The notes under the pieces are model-generated. The model was given only the letters and a program-made list of their open reading frames with translations. It had not been told where the DNA came from and made no database searches. From a virus (lineage: Duplodnaviria; Caudoviricetes): a stretch of 40,810 bases of DNA. Where the stretch lies: positions 1 to 40,810 of the IMG/VR virus record IMGVR_UViG_3300043672_000020. One strand, written 5' to 3'. Position 1 is the stretch's first letter. Each line of letters opens with the position of its first letter. This document shows, piece after piece, positions 6,819 through 14,978 of this stretch. Made by a program: the position numbers and the translations under genes.

Positions 6819-8797
6819 CCACTGAGACCGGCGCACCGGCCAGTACCCGGCAGGCGCAGGTCCTGCTGGCGGCGGCGGCCGAGTATCAGGCCGGGCAGGA
6901 AGCGGAGCGCCGGAAGATGATCGCCGCCGTGATGGCGGTCTGGGCGGTGCTGGACATGAAACAGGTGTGGCCGTCGTGGACGATCGGTGGGCTGGGGTCC
7001 AGGATTTACCTGCTGCTGTCGGCGCTGATGGAACTGGTCGCCGCCGACGCGAACGGCTACGTGCGCAAGACGCTCGCCGATCAGGGTCTGCTGTATCTGG
7101 GGCCGGACATCAACCCGCTGAATTTCGCGGGGGTCGCCTCTGATGGCCGGGATCTGGAGACGCTACTGCGGGGCGCGATCATCAAAGTCCGGGAGGCTCA
7201 GCGGAAAGGCATGTCGGACGAGGCGGCCCGTGAGCGGGGTCGCCAGTTCCTGGAACTGGTGCTGAAGACCCAGATCGCTGACGCGGCGCGGGCGGCTGAG
7301 TCGGTCAGCATCACCGTGGCGGACCCGGAGACACCGGCCGGGAAGAAGGTGATGGTCGGGTTCGTGCGGATGCTGACGCCCCCGTCGTGCGGGCGCTGTG
7401 CCGTCCTGGCCGGGAAGTTCTACCGCTGGAACTCCGGCTTCCTTCGACACCCCCAGTGCTTCCCGGCGGGGACGGTCGTCTCAGGACCGAAGATCGAGGC
7501 GGCCACGCGGCGGTGGTTTGAGGGAGAACTCGTAACGATCCACACGGCCAGCGGCCAGGAGTTCTCCGTCACCGGAAATCACCCGATACTCACGGACGGC
7601 GGCTGGGTTCCGGCTCGCCTCCTGGTGGAAGGCGGCAACGTAGTCCGCAGCCTTGGCGTTCGCTCGGCGTTCGGACATGTCCCAGACGATCACCAGGTGC
7701 CAGCCCGCGTCGAGGATGTCTTTCGTGCGCTGAACGTGACGTCCAGCGTTAGTCGTATGCCAGTTGCCGCCGAAGATTTCCACGGCGACGGGTTCGGCAG
7801 CGAGGTCGACGTTGTATCGGCCGACGGCCTTCTGGGGGACGGTAGTCAACCCCCGCTTCTGAAGACGATCGAAGAACCGTCGTTCCCCCTGGGAGCCGAA
7901 GGATCCAACTCGTTCACGATTGAGCGCGGCGCGGAAAAGCGACTCATCGCTGTGGGTGGATCCGCGAGCAGCGTCATGAGCGGCAGCGGCTTGGGCCAGT
8001 CGCTGGTCAGCAGTCATTTTGGCAGCGCGCACGAGGCCAGCATCCGAGTGGCTGCGGATCTGCACACCGTGCTCCAGGAGGCGCGTGCGCAGGGTGCCAC
8101 GGCTGACCTGGTACTCGCGGCCGAGTGCATACTCACTCTCGCCAGCCGCATACTTCGCCGCGATCTCAGCGACCGGAAGTTCGATGGAGCGAGGCCGGGA
8201 AGCCATTTCTCCACGTCGCGGTGGGATGCTCCGGCTGGCGCGTTTACGATGGAAAGCGCGAACGGTTACGCCGAGTCGGGACGCGATCTGTTCCACCGGC
8301 TCACCGGCCAGGTAGCGTTTGATCGCATCGTCGTAAAGAGGAGTCGGGACTGGAGCGGTCATGTTTACAACCTGACATCGTCGGAGGGGTGGTTCACTGC
8401 CGAGTCCATTATAGTCTCAAACTGCGATTGCCACCACGTGCCTGTCACCCTGGCCGGGTCGAACGAGATCCTTACCAACCCGGACGTTTACTTCCAGTCC
8501 CTGACCGAACAGGAGCAGAACGACCTGTTCGGGAAGGCGCAGGCACAGGCGATCCGCGACGGCGGCGACATCAGCCAGGTCGTGAACAGCGCGCGGACGG
8601 CCGGGTCGATGTTCACCGCCGATAACGGGAAGCGCTACACGAACGAGGGGACGACGAAACGGGGCTTCGCTCGCGGTGTTGCTGGCCGGGTTCTTCGCCC
8701 TACCGTCTGGCAGATCTACAAGGACGCCGACGGCGATAAAGAGGCGGCGATCGAAGCGTTGCGGAAATTCGGTTTCATCATGCCGGACACTCGTTGA
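6815..8797 (+). CDS. MuF-like minor head / head morphogenesis protein, intein-interrupted
   Basis: Follows portal with GTGA overlap. VRMLTPPSCGRCAVLAG...GFLRHPQ and CDCHHVP are the two halves of the conserved HPxCDC motif, split by a 322-aa insertion. Confidence 0.88.
   Translation: MTTETGAPASTRQAQVLLAAAAEYQAGQEAERRKMIAAVMAVWAVLDMKQVWPSWTIGGLGSRIYLLLSALMELVAADANGYVRKTLADQGLLYLGPDINPLNFAGVASDGRDLETLLRGAIIKVREAQRKGMSDEAARERGRQFLELVLKTQIADAARAAESVSITVADPETPAGKKVMVGFVRMLTPPSCGRCAVLAGKFYRWNSGFLRHPQCFPAGTVVSGPKIEAATRRWFEGELVTIHTASGQEFSVTGNHPILTDGGWVPARLLVEGGNVVRSLGVRSAFGHVPDDHQVPARVEDVFRALNVTSSVSRMPVAAEDFHGDGFGSEVDVVSADGLLGDGSQPPLLKTIEEPSFPLGAEGSNSFTIERGAEKRLIAVGGSASSVMSGSGLGQSLVSSHFGSAHEASIRVAADLHTVLQEARAQGATADLVLAAECILTLASRILRRDLSDRKFDGARPGSHFSTSRWDAPAGAFTMESANGYAESGRDLFHRLTGQVAFDRIVVKRSRDWSGHVYNLTSSEGWFTAESIIVSNCDCHHVPVTLAGSNEILTNPDVYFQSLTEQEQNDLFGKAQAQAIRDGGDISQVVNSARTAGSMFTADNGKRYTNEGTTKRGFARGVAGRVLRPTVWQIYKDADGDKEAAIEALRKFGFIMPDTR
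7481..8362 (-). CDS. HTH-repeat + Vsr/DUF559-like PD-(D/E)xK endonuclease encoded antisense within the intein
   Basis: Two HTH-like units (YLAGEPVEQIASRLGV; YAAGESEYALGREYQVSRGTLRTRL) followed by S..E..F...L...G....Q..VGRYNVDLA..PVAVEIFGGNWH...R...ILDAGWHLVIVW. Confidence 0.82.
   Translation of the reverse strand: MTAPVPTPLYDDAIKRYLAGEPVEQIASRLGVTVRAFHRKRASRSIPPRRGEMASRPRSIELPVAEIAAKYAAGESEYALGREYQVSRGTLRTRLLEHGVQIRSHSDAGLVRAAKMTADQRLAQAAAAHDAARGSTHSDESLFRAALNRERVGSFGSQGERRFFDRLQKRGLTTVPQKAVGRYNVDLAAEPVAVEIFGGNWHTTNAGRHVQRTKDILDAGWHLVIVWDMSERRANAKAADYVAAFHQEASRNPAAVREYRVISGDGELLAAGRVDRYEFSLKPPPRGRLDLRS
8408..8413 (-). promoter_or_regulatory. candidate -10 element for the antisense endonuclease gene
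   Basis: Perfect TATAAT on the minus strand (plus strand ATTATA, formed by Ile codons ATT ATA that are rare in this GC-rich DNA), ~45 nt upstream of ATG 8362. No clear -35. Confidence 0.4.
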
Positions 8798-8932
8798 CGC
8801 CTGGTGATCGCGGATCAGATATGCTGCGTCCAGAAGTGATCACGGGCGCGATACCCAGACCACTCCCACACTTCGCCAGCGCGATGCTGGTGCGAACGGA
8901 CGGCGCGAGGCCGTCAGACCCAAGGAGAACGC

Positions 8933-9601
8933 ATGATGCTGTCCCCGTTCGATCCGCTCGGTTTCCGTCTGGATGGTCGCCCGTTCTGGGGCTTCTCCGG
9001 CGCCGAAGGTGAAGAGGGCGGTGACGGTGGTGATCCGGACGGCGACGGGGACCCCGTTGTCGAGAAGGATCCCGTCAAGGTTCTGGAATCGACACTGGCC
9101 AAGGTGCGCCTGGAGCGCAAGGCGGCTCAGGATGAATTCCGGCCCTACAAGGCGACATTGCGTGAACTTGGGATCGACTCCCCGGACAAGTTGAAGGACC
9201 TGCTCGGTAAGGGAGCCGCTGGCGCCTCGGGCACCGGCACGCAGAACCAGGTGGACCTCGACAAGGTGCGGGCGGATGCCCGAGCCGAAGTCCAACTGGA
9301 AGCCAACCGTGATCTCGCACTGGCCAAGGTGGAAGCCGCAGCCAAGGGACGGTTCGCTGACCCGGATGACGCGGTCGACTACTTCCGCAAGGACGTGGAT
9401 GACCTGCTCGGCCGGGATGGCAAGCCGGACAAGAACGCGATCACACGTGGGCTGGATGACCTGCTGGCCGCGAAACCGCACTGGGGTGCCAAGAAGCAGG
9501 AAGACATGTCCTTCGACGGTGGCGCCCGACAGCCCGCCGGAACGAAGCAGGACATGAATTCCTTCTTGCGCAACGCGTCCGCGCGAAAGCGCGGTCACTA
9601 G
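8933..9601 (+). CDS. capsid scaffolding protein
   Basis: Acidic/Gly-rich N-terminus, coiled-coil, FADPDDA and LLAAKPHW motifs, C-terminal DMNSFLR; directly upstream of major capsid; AAGGAG RBS. Confidence 0.85.
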   Translation: MMLSPFDPLGFRLDGRPFWGFSGAEGEEGGDGGDPDGDGDPVVEKDPVKVLESTLAKVRLERKAAQDEFRPYKATLRELGIDSPDKLKDLLGKGAAGASGTGTQNQVDLDKVRADARAEVQLEANRDLALAKVEAAAKGRFADPDDAVDYFRKDVDDLLGRDGKPDKNAITRGLDDLLAAKPHWGAKKQEDMSFDGGARQPAGTKQDMNSFLRNASARKRGH

Positions 9602-9643
9602 CGGCCCCCGGCCAGGGGGTCGCACGACCCCCAGGAGACGCAC

Positions 9644-10678
9644 GTGAAGAACCACCTACGGGAGCCCATCGGCTTCCGCTCCGACGGGCGGCCGATCTTC
9701 GGCTTCTCCGGCGGGGCCTACGACAGCCTGACGAACCGCTCGGACGTCGCACCACTGATCCCCGAGCAGGTCAGCAACGACATGCTGGGGAAGGCCACCG
9801 AAGGGTCGGCCGTCCTGGCGATGTTCCGCCGGATCCCCGTACAGGGCACCTCGCTTCGGTTCCCCATCCTGACCGCCCTCCCCATCGCCTACTGGGTCGC
9901 CGGTGACACCGGCCTCAAGCAGACGACCGAGATGGGCTGGAGCAACAAGTACCTCACGATCGAAGAGATCGCGACGATCATGCCCGTCCCGGACAACGTC
10001 ATGGAAGACGTGTCCGTGAACATCTGGGACGAGGCGCAGCCTCTCATCGTGGAGGCGATCGCCCGGGTCCTGGACGCGGCGGTCTTCTTCGGTGCGAACG
10101 CCCCGGCGTCCTTCCCGACGAACATCATCGCGGCTGCGGCTGCGGCCACCAACTTCGTGGCCACCCCCACCGCCACCGCTGCTCAGGGTGGGTTCATGGG
10201 CGACCTGGACTCCCTGATCGGCATCGTGGAGGAGGACGGGTACGACATCACCGGCTACCTCTCCCCGATCACCACCCGTTCGCGGTTCCGTAAGGTCCGT
10301 GACACCACCGGCCAGAAGGCCGATCCCGGCCGTGTCGGTGGCGACCTGCGGTCTGTCGACGGCGTTCCGATCATGTACCCGATGCGTGGGATGTTCCCGG
10401 TGGCCGGTGGCCCCGGCGTGAACGGTGTCGCTCTCATCGGCGGCGCGTGGGACCAGTTCGTGGTCGGCGTGAAGTCGGGGATCGAGTACAAGTTGATCAC
10501 CGAGGGCGTCATCACTGACGACCAGGGCAACATCGTGTACAACCTGCCGCAACAGGACATGCAGGCGCTGCGGCTCAAGTTCCGGATCGGCTGGCAGGTC
10601 GCCAACACGATCAACAACGACAACCCGACCGAGAACACGCGTTACCCGGTCGGCTACCTCCGGACGGTGGGCGCATAA
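9644..10678 (+). CDS. major capsid protein (HK97 fold)
   Basis: LIPEQVS, AYWVAGDTGLKQTT, EEIATIMPVP, NLPQQDMQALR motifs; size and position. Confidence 0.92.
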   Translation: MKNHLREPIGFRSDGRPIFGFSGGAYDSLTNRSDVAPLIPEQVSNDMLGKATEGSAVLAMFRRIPVQGTSLRFPILTALPIAYWVAGDTGLKQTTEMGWSNKYLTIEEIATIMPVPDNVMEDVSVNIWDEAQPLIVEAIARVLDAAVFFGANAPASFPTNIIAAAAAATNFVATPTATAAQGGFMGDLDSLIGIVEEDGYDITGYLSPITTRSRFRKVRDTTGQKADPGRVGGDLRSVDGVPIMYPMRGMFPVAGGPGVNGVALIGGAWDQFVVGVKSGIEYKLITEGVITDDQGNIVYNLPQQDMQALRLKFRIGWQVANTINNDNPTENTRYPVGYLRTVGA

Positions 10679-11076
10679 TGCCAATGCGGACTGTGGTTTC
10701 AGTCGAAAGGGAGCCGGTCACCATCCTGGCGACCGGTGCGGACGCGATCGAGGCCCCGTTCACGGGCAAGGTCGTCGGCGCCACCTACACGGCGATCGCT
10801 GCCGTGACCGGTGCCGCGAGCCCGGCCAGCAGGACCTTGAGCGTCATCAACCACGGGCAGGCCGGTGCCGGTACGACCGTGGTCGCCAGCCTCGCCCTTC
10901 TGTCCGGGGTCAACCTCGTCGCCTTCGACGAGAAGGACCTGACCCTGTCCGTCACGGCGGCCGACCTTGTGGTCACCGCTGGGGACATCCTGGAGTTCCG
11001 GTCCGCGCCCGTCGGCGGTACCGGGCTCGTCGATCCCGGCGGCACAGTGTCCGTCACGTTCGAGAGGAACGACTAA
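10678..11076 (+). CDS. putative capsid decoration protein
   Basis: Small, beta-rich Ala/Val/Thr/Gly protein coupled (TAATG) to the major capsid gene. Confidence 0.6.
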   Translation: MPMRTVVSVEREPVTILATGADAIEAPFTGKVVGATYTAIAAVTGAASPASRTLSVINHGQAGAGTTVVASLALLSGVNLVAFDEKDLTLSVTAADLVVTAGDILEFRSAPVGGTGLVDPGGTVSVTFERND

Positions 11077-11411
11077 TGGCCGAGGCCAAGAGCACCACCG
11101 CGAAGACGGCTGCTCCGTCTGTCGCGCCGATCAGCCCTGGTGGGCTTCAGGTTGGTGAGGCCCCCACGGCCCCGCTGACCACCAACCCGCCCCGGGGTGT
11201 GGATGAGCCGCCCAGCAACCAGATCGCTGACGAGCCGGGCGCGGCTGCATTGCAGAAGCATGTGCAGGGTGTGATCGACAAGGAGACCGCTCAGGGGTAC
11301 CGGGGCGATCCGAACAAGAACCGGACGCCGAACGAGGCTTATACCCTGAGGGGTGTCGGTCGCGGGGACGCGAACCCGGAGACCACGGTCCACACGCCGT
11401 CCAGCAAGTAG
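11076..11411 (+). CDS. hypothetical virion-module protein
   Basis: TAATG coupling; Pro-rich N-terminus, ETAQGYRG..TPNEAYTL C-terminal block. Confidence 0.7.
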   Translation: MAEAKSTTAKTAAPSVAPISPGGLQVGEAPTAPLTTNPPRGVDEPPSNQIADEPGAAALQKHVQGVIDKETAQGYRGDPNKNRTPNEAYTLRGVGRGDANPETTVHTPSSK

Positions 11412-11427
11412 TCGAGAAGGACGCGCC

Positions 11428-11898
11428 ATGCCTTTCAGTGTCAGCACCGCCGACATCGAATCGCGGTGGCGCGTCCTTTCCGATGACGAGGCCGATGTAG
11501 GCCTTCAGCGTTTGACCGACGTGGAGCGGCAACTGCGGATCCGGCGGCCGACGCTGCTGGCGTTCTACACCGCGCTCGTGGCCGACGTACCGCCGATCAC
11601 GGTGAAAGCCGACCTGCTGGAGACGATCCGGGCCGTCCTGGCCGGGGTGGTCATCCGCTACCTGCGTAACCCTGACGTGACGTCCCGGCAGGACATCGGC
11701 TCGGACGGATCGATCGGCATCGGCTTCGACACCAGGACCGAAGGCGGCACCTACCTCACCGATGAGGACCTGTCCGAGATCGACGCCGCCGTCGCGGTAG
11801 CGTCCGGCTATCCCTACGCCCGGGTACGATCCCGAGCGCTGGTGTCGACATTCCCGTACCGGACCGTTGGCGATGTCACGATCCTTCCCACCCCGTGA
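11428..11898 (+). CDS. head-to-tail adaptor
   Basis: ADIESRWRVLS..E, V.RYLRNPD, YLTDEDL pattern of actinophage adaptors; start moved to ATG 11428 behind GAAGGA. Confidence 0.8.
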   Translation: MPFSVSTADIESRWRVLSDDEADVGLQRLTDVERQLRIRRPTLLAFYTALVADVPPITVKADLLETIRAVLAGVVIRYLRNPDVTSRQDIGSDGSIGIGFDTRTEGGTYLTDEDLSEIDAAVAVASGYPYARVRSRALVSTFPYRTVGDVTILPTP

Positions 11899-11910
11899 GA
11901 GGCACCATCC

Positions 11911-12648
11911 ATGACTGAGACCCGCCCCTCCGGCGCCCTTCTCACCCGTGTCATTCCCGCGCCACCGAAGCGCCCGCTTGTGCGAACCCCCGAGGATGCC
12001 CTGCGGTACGGCGGCGGCCTGAAGGGCCGTCCTTACCCGGGCACACGGTTCGGCCGTTTCGATCGGACGCACGACCTGAAGGGCCTGGTCGCCTGGCAGG
12101 AGGCGAACGCGGAGAACTTCGAGCGCTCGCTGGCCGCTCAGGCCGCCGCCATGGACGCCGCACGCGGTGGGGCGATGTCGGCCGTCGGCCACCTCTGGCT
12201 GGCGAAGGTCGACCTGAAAGGCCAGCAGCACGACCTGGGGCTGGCATCCTGCCGGGTCATCACCACCACCGGTGTCAACTTCATTGTGGACGCGTTCCAG
12301 GGCCTGGTGGAGCCGGAGGTGATGAAGTTCCACGGCATCGGTACGGGAGGCTCGGCTGAGGCGGTCGGAAACACCGCGCTCACCACCGAACTCACCACCC
12401 AGTATTCCGTGTCGAACACCCGACCGACCGGTTCGCTCGGTGAGCAGGCCGGTAACGCGAACGTGTACGAGACCATCGCCACCATCACCGTCTCCGCGAC
12501 CGTGGCCGCCACCGAGCATGGGATCTTCAGCCAGGCCGCGACCGGCGGCGGGGTCATGCTGGACCGGACCCTGTTCTCCGTCGTCAACCTGGCCTCCAGC
12601 GAGTCATTGCAGGCCACCTATCAATTGTCAATGTTCGCTGGGTTCTAG
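11911..12648 (+). CDS. putative virion structural protein
   Basis: VITTTGVNFI...HGIGTG..AEAVGNTAL...TEHGIFSQAATGGGVMLDR pattern seen in phage fibre/anchor proteins; GAGG RBS. Confidence 0.7.
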   Translation: MTETRPSGALLTRVIPAPPKRPLVRTPEDALRYGGGLKGRPYPGTRFGRFDRTHDLKGLVAWQEANAENFERSLAAQAAAMDAARGGAMSAVGHLWLAKVDLKGQQHDLGLASCRVITTTGVNFIVDAFQGLVEPEVMKFHGIGTGGSAEAVGNTALTTELTTQYSVSNTRPTGSLGEQAGNANVYETIATITVSATVAATEHGIFSQAATGGGVMLDRTLFSVVNLASSESLQATYQLSMFAGF

Positions 12649-12691
12649 CCTATATGTCCCATTTGTTCCTGGTTGATGGAAGGGTGACGGC

Positions 12692-13741
12692 GTGACCAGT
12701 CTGATGCCTTCGGGCGCGCCGGAAACCTTCACCGGATCGAACGGTTCCGCCCCGAACGCCACCAACGTGGCGGTCACCTTGGCGGACGGGACCGGCGCGA
12801 TCACCGTGCAGTCCAACTCCTGCCGGATGCGCACCGGCACGACCGCTTTCCAGCGGCTGTCGATGCGGCTGACCGGCGTCTCGGTCGCGGACTGCGAAGT
12901 CGTGTTCACCTGGACGGTGATGACGGCGGCCACCGCCTTCCCTTACGTCATGTTGCGGGCCGCCTCCAACATCGACAGCGGCAACGGTTACCTGTTCAGC
13001 CTTGAGGTCAGCGACATGACCCTGACCCGGCACGTGTCGTATGCCGGGCCGGACCTGGCCACCGCCACCCATGGTTTCACCGCCGGTCAGGTCGTCCGGA
13101 CCCGGGTGGCGATCTTCGGGCAGGTCATCCGCGCCCGGACGTGGCTGGCCTCCAATTCCGAGCCGACCTCCTCCTGGCAGATCACGTACACCGACCTGGT
13201 CGGCTCGGGCGGCATCTCGGCGGCCGGGATGATCGGCTGGACGGTCGCATCCGGATCGGCCGGGGCGAAAGACTTCTTCCTGGACGACGTCGACGCGAAG
13301 GACACCCTGACGCCGACGCTGGCGACCCTGCTGGCGACCGCGTCCATCAGCCCGTCCGCCGTGCTGATCAAGAACGTCCCGAAGGTGTTCACCGCTGGGA
13401 TCACCCCGACCGGTGCGCTCACGAAAATGCGGGTCGTGGTGCGGCTGTTCACCGCTGGGATCACGCCGACCGGGACGTTCACGAAGATCATCCCGAAGAT
13501 CTTCACCGCTGGGATCACGCCGAGTGCGGCATTGATCAAGAAGGACATCAAGGTGTTCGCCAGCCTGATCATCCCGGTGGCGGTGCTGAAGAAGTCGGCC
13601 GTGCGGAAGTTCACCGGCGCGATCTCCCCGTCCGGTGGTGCGGTCGCGGTGTTCGTGGGCCGGATCTTCGGCCGCCCTGGCATCGTGGTGATGTCGTTGG
13701 TCCGGCGGGCTGAGATCCGCATCAGGCACAGGAGGGGATGA
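12692..13741 (+). CDS. putative virion fibre/appendage protein with C-terminal 18-20 aa repeats
   Basis: N-terminal beta-sandwich-like region and C-terminal FTAGITP repeats; located in the structural operon. Confidence 0.65.
   Translation: MTSLMPSGAPETFTGSNGSAPNATNVAVTLADGTGAITVQSNSCRMRTGTTAFQRLSMRLTGVSVADCEVVFTWTVMTAATAFPYVMLRAASNIDSGNGYLFSLEVSDMTLTRHVSYAGPDLATATHGFTAGQVVRTRVAIFGQVIRARTWLASNSEPTSSWQITYTDLVGSGGISAAGMIGWTVASGSAGAKDFFLDDVDAKDTLTPTLATLLATASISPSAVLIKNVPKVFTAGITPTGALTKMRVVVRLFTAGITPTGTFTKIIPKIFTAGITPSAALIKKDIKVFASLIIPVAVLKKSAVRKFTGAISPSGGAVAVFVGRIFGRPGIVVMSLVRRAEIRIRHRRG
13388..13518 (+). repeat. three copies of TTCACCGCTGGGATCAC (coding repeat)
   Basis: Exact 17-mers at 13388, 13448 and 13502 (spacing 60 and 54 nt, in frame), encoding FTAGIT. 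Confidence 0.85.
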
Positions 13742-13742
13742 C

Positions 13743-14045
13743 GTGGCCGGGACACCGCAGCCCGTGTTCGTGGGGCAGAGAATTCTCGTGGAGGTCGAGT
13801 ACCGGCTGAACGGCGTGCCGACCGACCCGACCATCGTGCAGTACACCTACCGTTCGCCACTCGGCACCGTCGCGACCGTCACCTACCCGGACGAGGCGTT
13901 CATCCGCCGCTCCGAGGGACTGTACGAAGCGTCGATCCTCGTGGACGAGTCGGGCACCTGGACGGTGCGCGGCGAAGGCGCCGGAGTGGTCGATGCGGTC
14001 AATGAGTTCACCCAGGAAGTTCTCGCGAGCGGTCTTAGCGGATAA
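13743..14045 (+). CDS. small Ig-like structural protein
   Basis: GGAGG RBS; beta-strand pattern PTDPT.V...SP.G...GLYEASILVDESGTWTVR. Confidence 0.7.
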   Translation: MAGTPQPVFVGQRILVEVEYRLNGVPTDPTIVQYTYRSPLGTVATVTYPDEAFIRRSEGLYEASILVDESGTWTVRGEGAGVVDAVNEFTQEVLASGLSG

Positions 14046-14254
14046 TGATCGAAAACCAGGAGGAAAAGATGGCCCGCACCGGAACACCAGTACCCGCCGA
14101 GAAGTCTCCCGCCGGGGAGCCGATCGTCGATTTCATGGCCGAAGCCCCGCCCGAGCGCCCCTACGGTGATGCGATCACCGAGGAGCACCGGACGCTGCTC
14201 GCCGCGCACGGCGTTGACGTCCCGGCTGCGTCAGGGGCCGACACGAGCGCATGA
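14045..14254 (+). CDS. hypothetical protein
   Basis: Coupled on both sides; alternative start ~14069 behind AGGAGG. Confidence 0.6.
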   Translation: MIENQEEKMARTGTPVPAEKSPAGEPIVDFMAEAPPERPYGDAITEEHRTLLAAHGVDVPAASGADTSA

Positions 14255-14616
14255 GCATCGAATCGATCATCGGCAACGGGCGGCGGCTCATCGCCACCAC
14301 GCTGCTTGATCGCGCCCGGATCCAGGACCGTTCGATGGTCCGGGACACGTCCGGCGGTCAGAAGGAGACGTTCACCGAGCGTGGCGTCACCATCGCCTGC
14401 CGGTTCGTCACCCCCAAGGACGATGACCCAGTTCTCAAACTGGACAGCGTCTTCGGCCCGGCCACGATGGTTCTGCTGATGCCGCTCGGCACGCTGTTCG
14501 AGGAAGGCGATCGGGTCCGGAACTTGCTCGATAGCGGCCTGTTCCAGATCACCAAGGACATCACCGTGCCCTCCAATCTTGGTGTGATCATGCGTGCTGG
14601 AATCCGGGAGGTGTGA
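14251..14616 (+). CDS. head closure / head-tail stopper protein
   Basis: DRARIQ...D..GG...F, LLMPLGT.FEEGDRV pattern; size and position. Confidence 0.7.
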   Translation: MSIESIIGNGRRLIATTLLDRARIQDRSMVRDTSGGQKETFTERGVTIACRFVTPKDDDPVLKLDSVFGPATMVLLMPLGTLFEEGDRVRNLLDSGLFQITKDITVPSNLGVIMRAGIREV

Positions 14617-14978
14617 TCGTGGGCTGGAATGTGAAATTCAACCGGTGCGGAGCGGTCGCCAAGGCGATGCCCCGCGAACTGGGTGACGGTGTGGACGAGG
14701 CCGCAGAGGCGATGGTCCGGGAACTGAAGACCACGCTGTGGGTGGATACCGGGATGGTCCGGCGGGTCACCACAGAACGCGGTCAGGCCAAGATGCACGC
14801 CGAGGTCGACGTCGGCTGGTATCTGGGCCACGGTTTCTACTCCGGCTTCCAGGAGTTCGGTGTCGCCAGCCGGGGGATCCCGGCCCGGCCGATCGTTGCG
14901 CCGACCGCACACGTCTATGAGCCGAAGTTCGCGCTGGAGATGGCGGAAAAGGTCAAGGACGCCTGTGATGCGACGTGA
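14613..14978 (+). CDS. HK97 gp10-like neck/tail component
   Basis: VDTGMVRR, YSGFQEFG....PARP motifs; GTGA overlap. Confidence 0.78.
   Translation: MIVGWNVKFNRCGAVAKAMPRELGDGVDEAAEAMVRELKTTLWVDTGMVRRVTTERGQAKMHAEVDVGWYLGHGFYSGFQEFGVASRGIPARPIVAPTAHVYEPKFALEMAEKVKDACDAT

Larger units (their letters stand above)
7457..8422 (+). mobile_element. intein (Hint domain), 322 aa
   Basis: Begins CFPAGTVV (block A); block B SVTGNHPILT..GWV; block F HVYNLTS; ends IIVSN followed by +1 Cys. Excision restores HPQ-CDC. Penultimate residue is Ser, not His. Confidence 0.9.

Noticed and set aside
4512-6836. 774-aa minus-strand ORF
   Set aside because: Antisense shadow of terL/portal in GC-rich DNA; no recognisable motifs, unlike the antisense ORF in the intein.
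8794-8825. TTGACG...TATGCT promoter before the scaffold gene
   Set aside because: Spacer is 20 nt, too long for a confident sigma-70 type call; the -10 alone may still function.
9656-10684. 342-aa minus-strand ORF opposite the capsid gene (likewise 3306-4484, 11131-12519, 16971-17942, 19016-20335, 30800-31978)
   Set aside because: Shadow ORFs produced by codon bias of the real plus-strand genes; low-information translations.
13388-13518. Regularly spaced 17-bp repeats resembling a mini CRISPR array
   Set aside because: In-frame coding repeats with mutually similar 'spacers'; too short; no cas genes.
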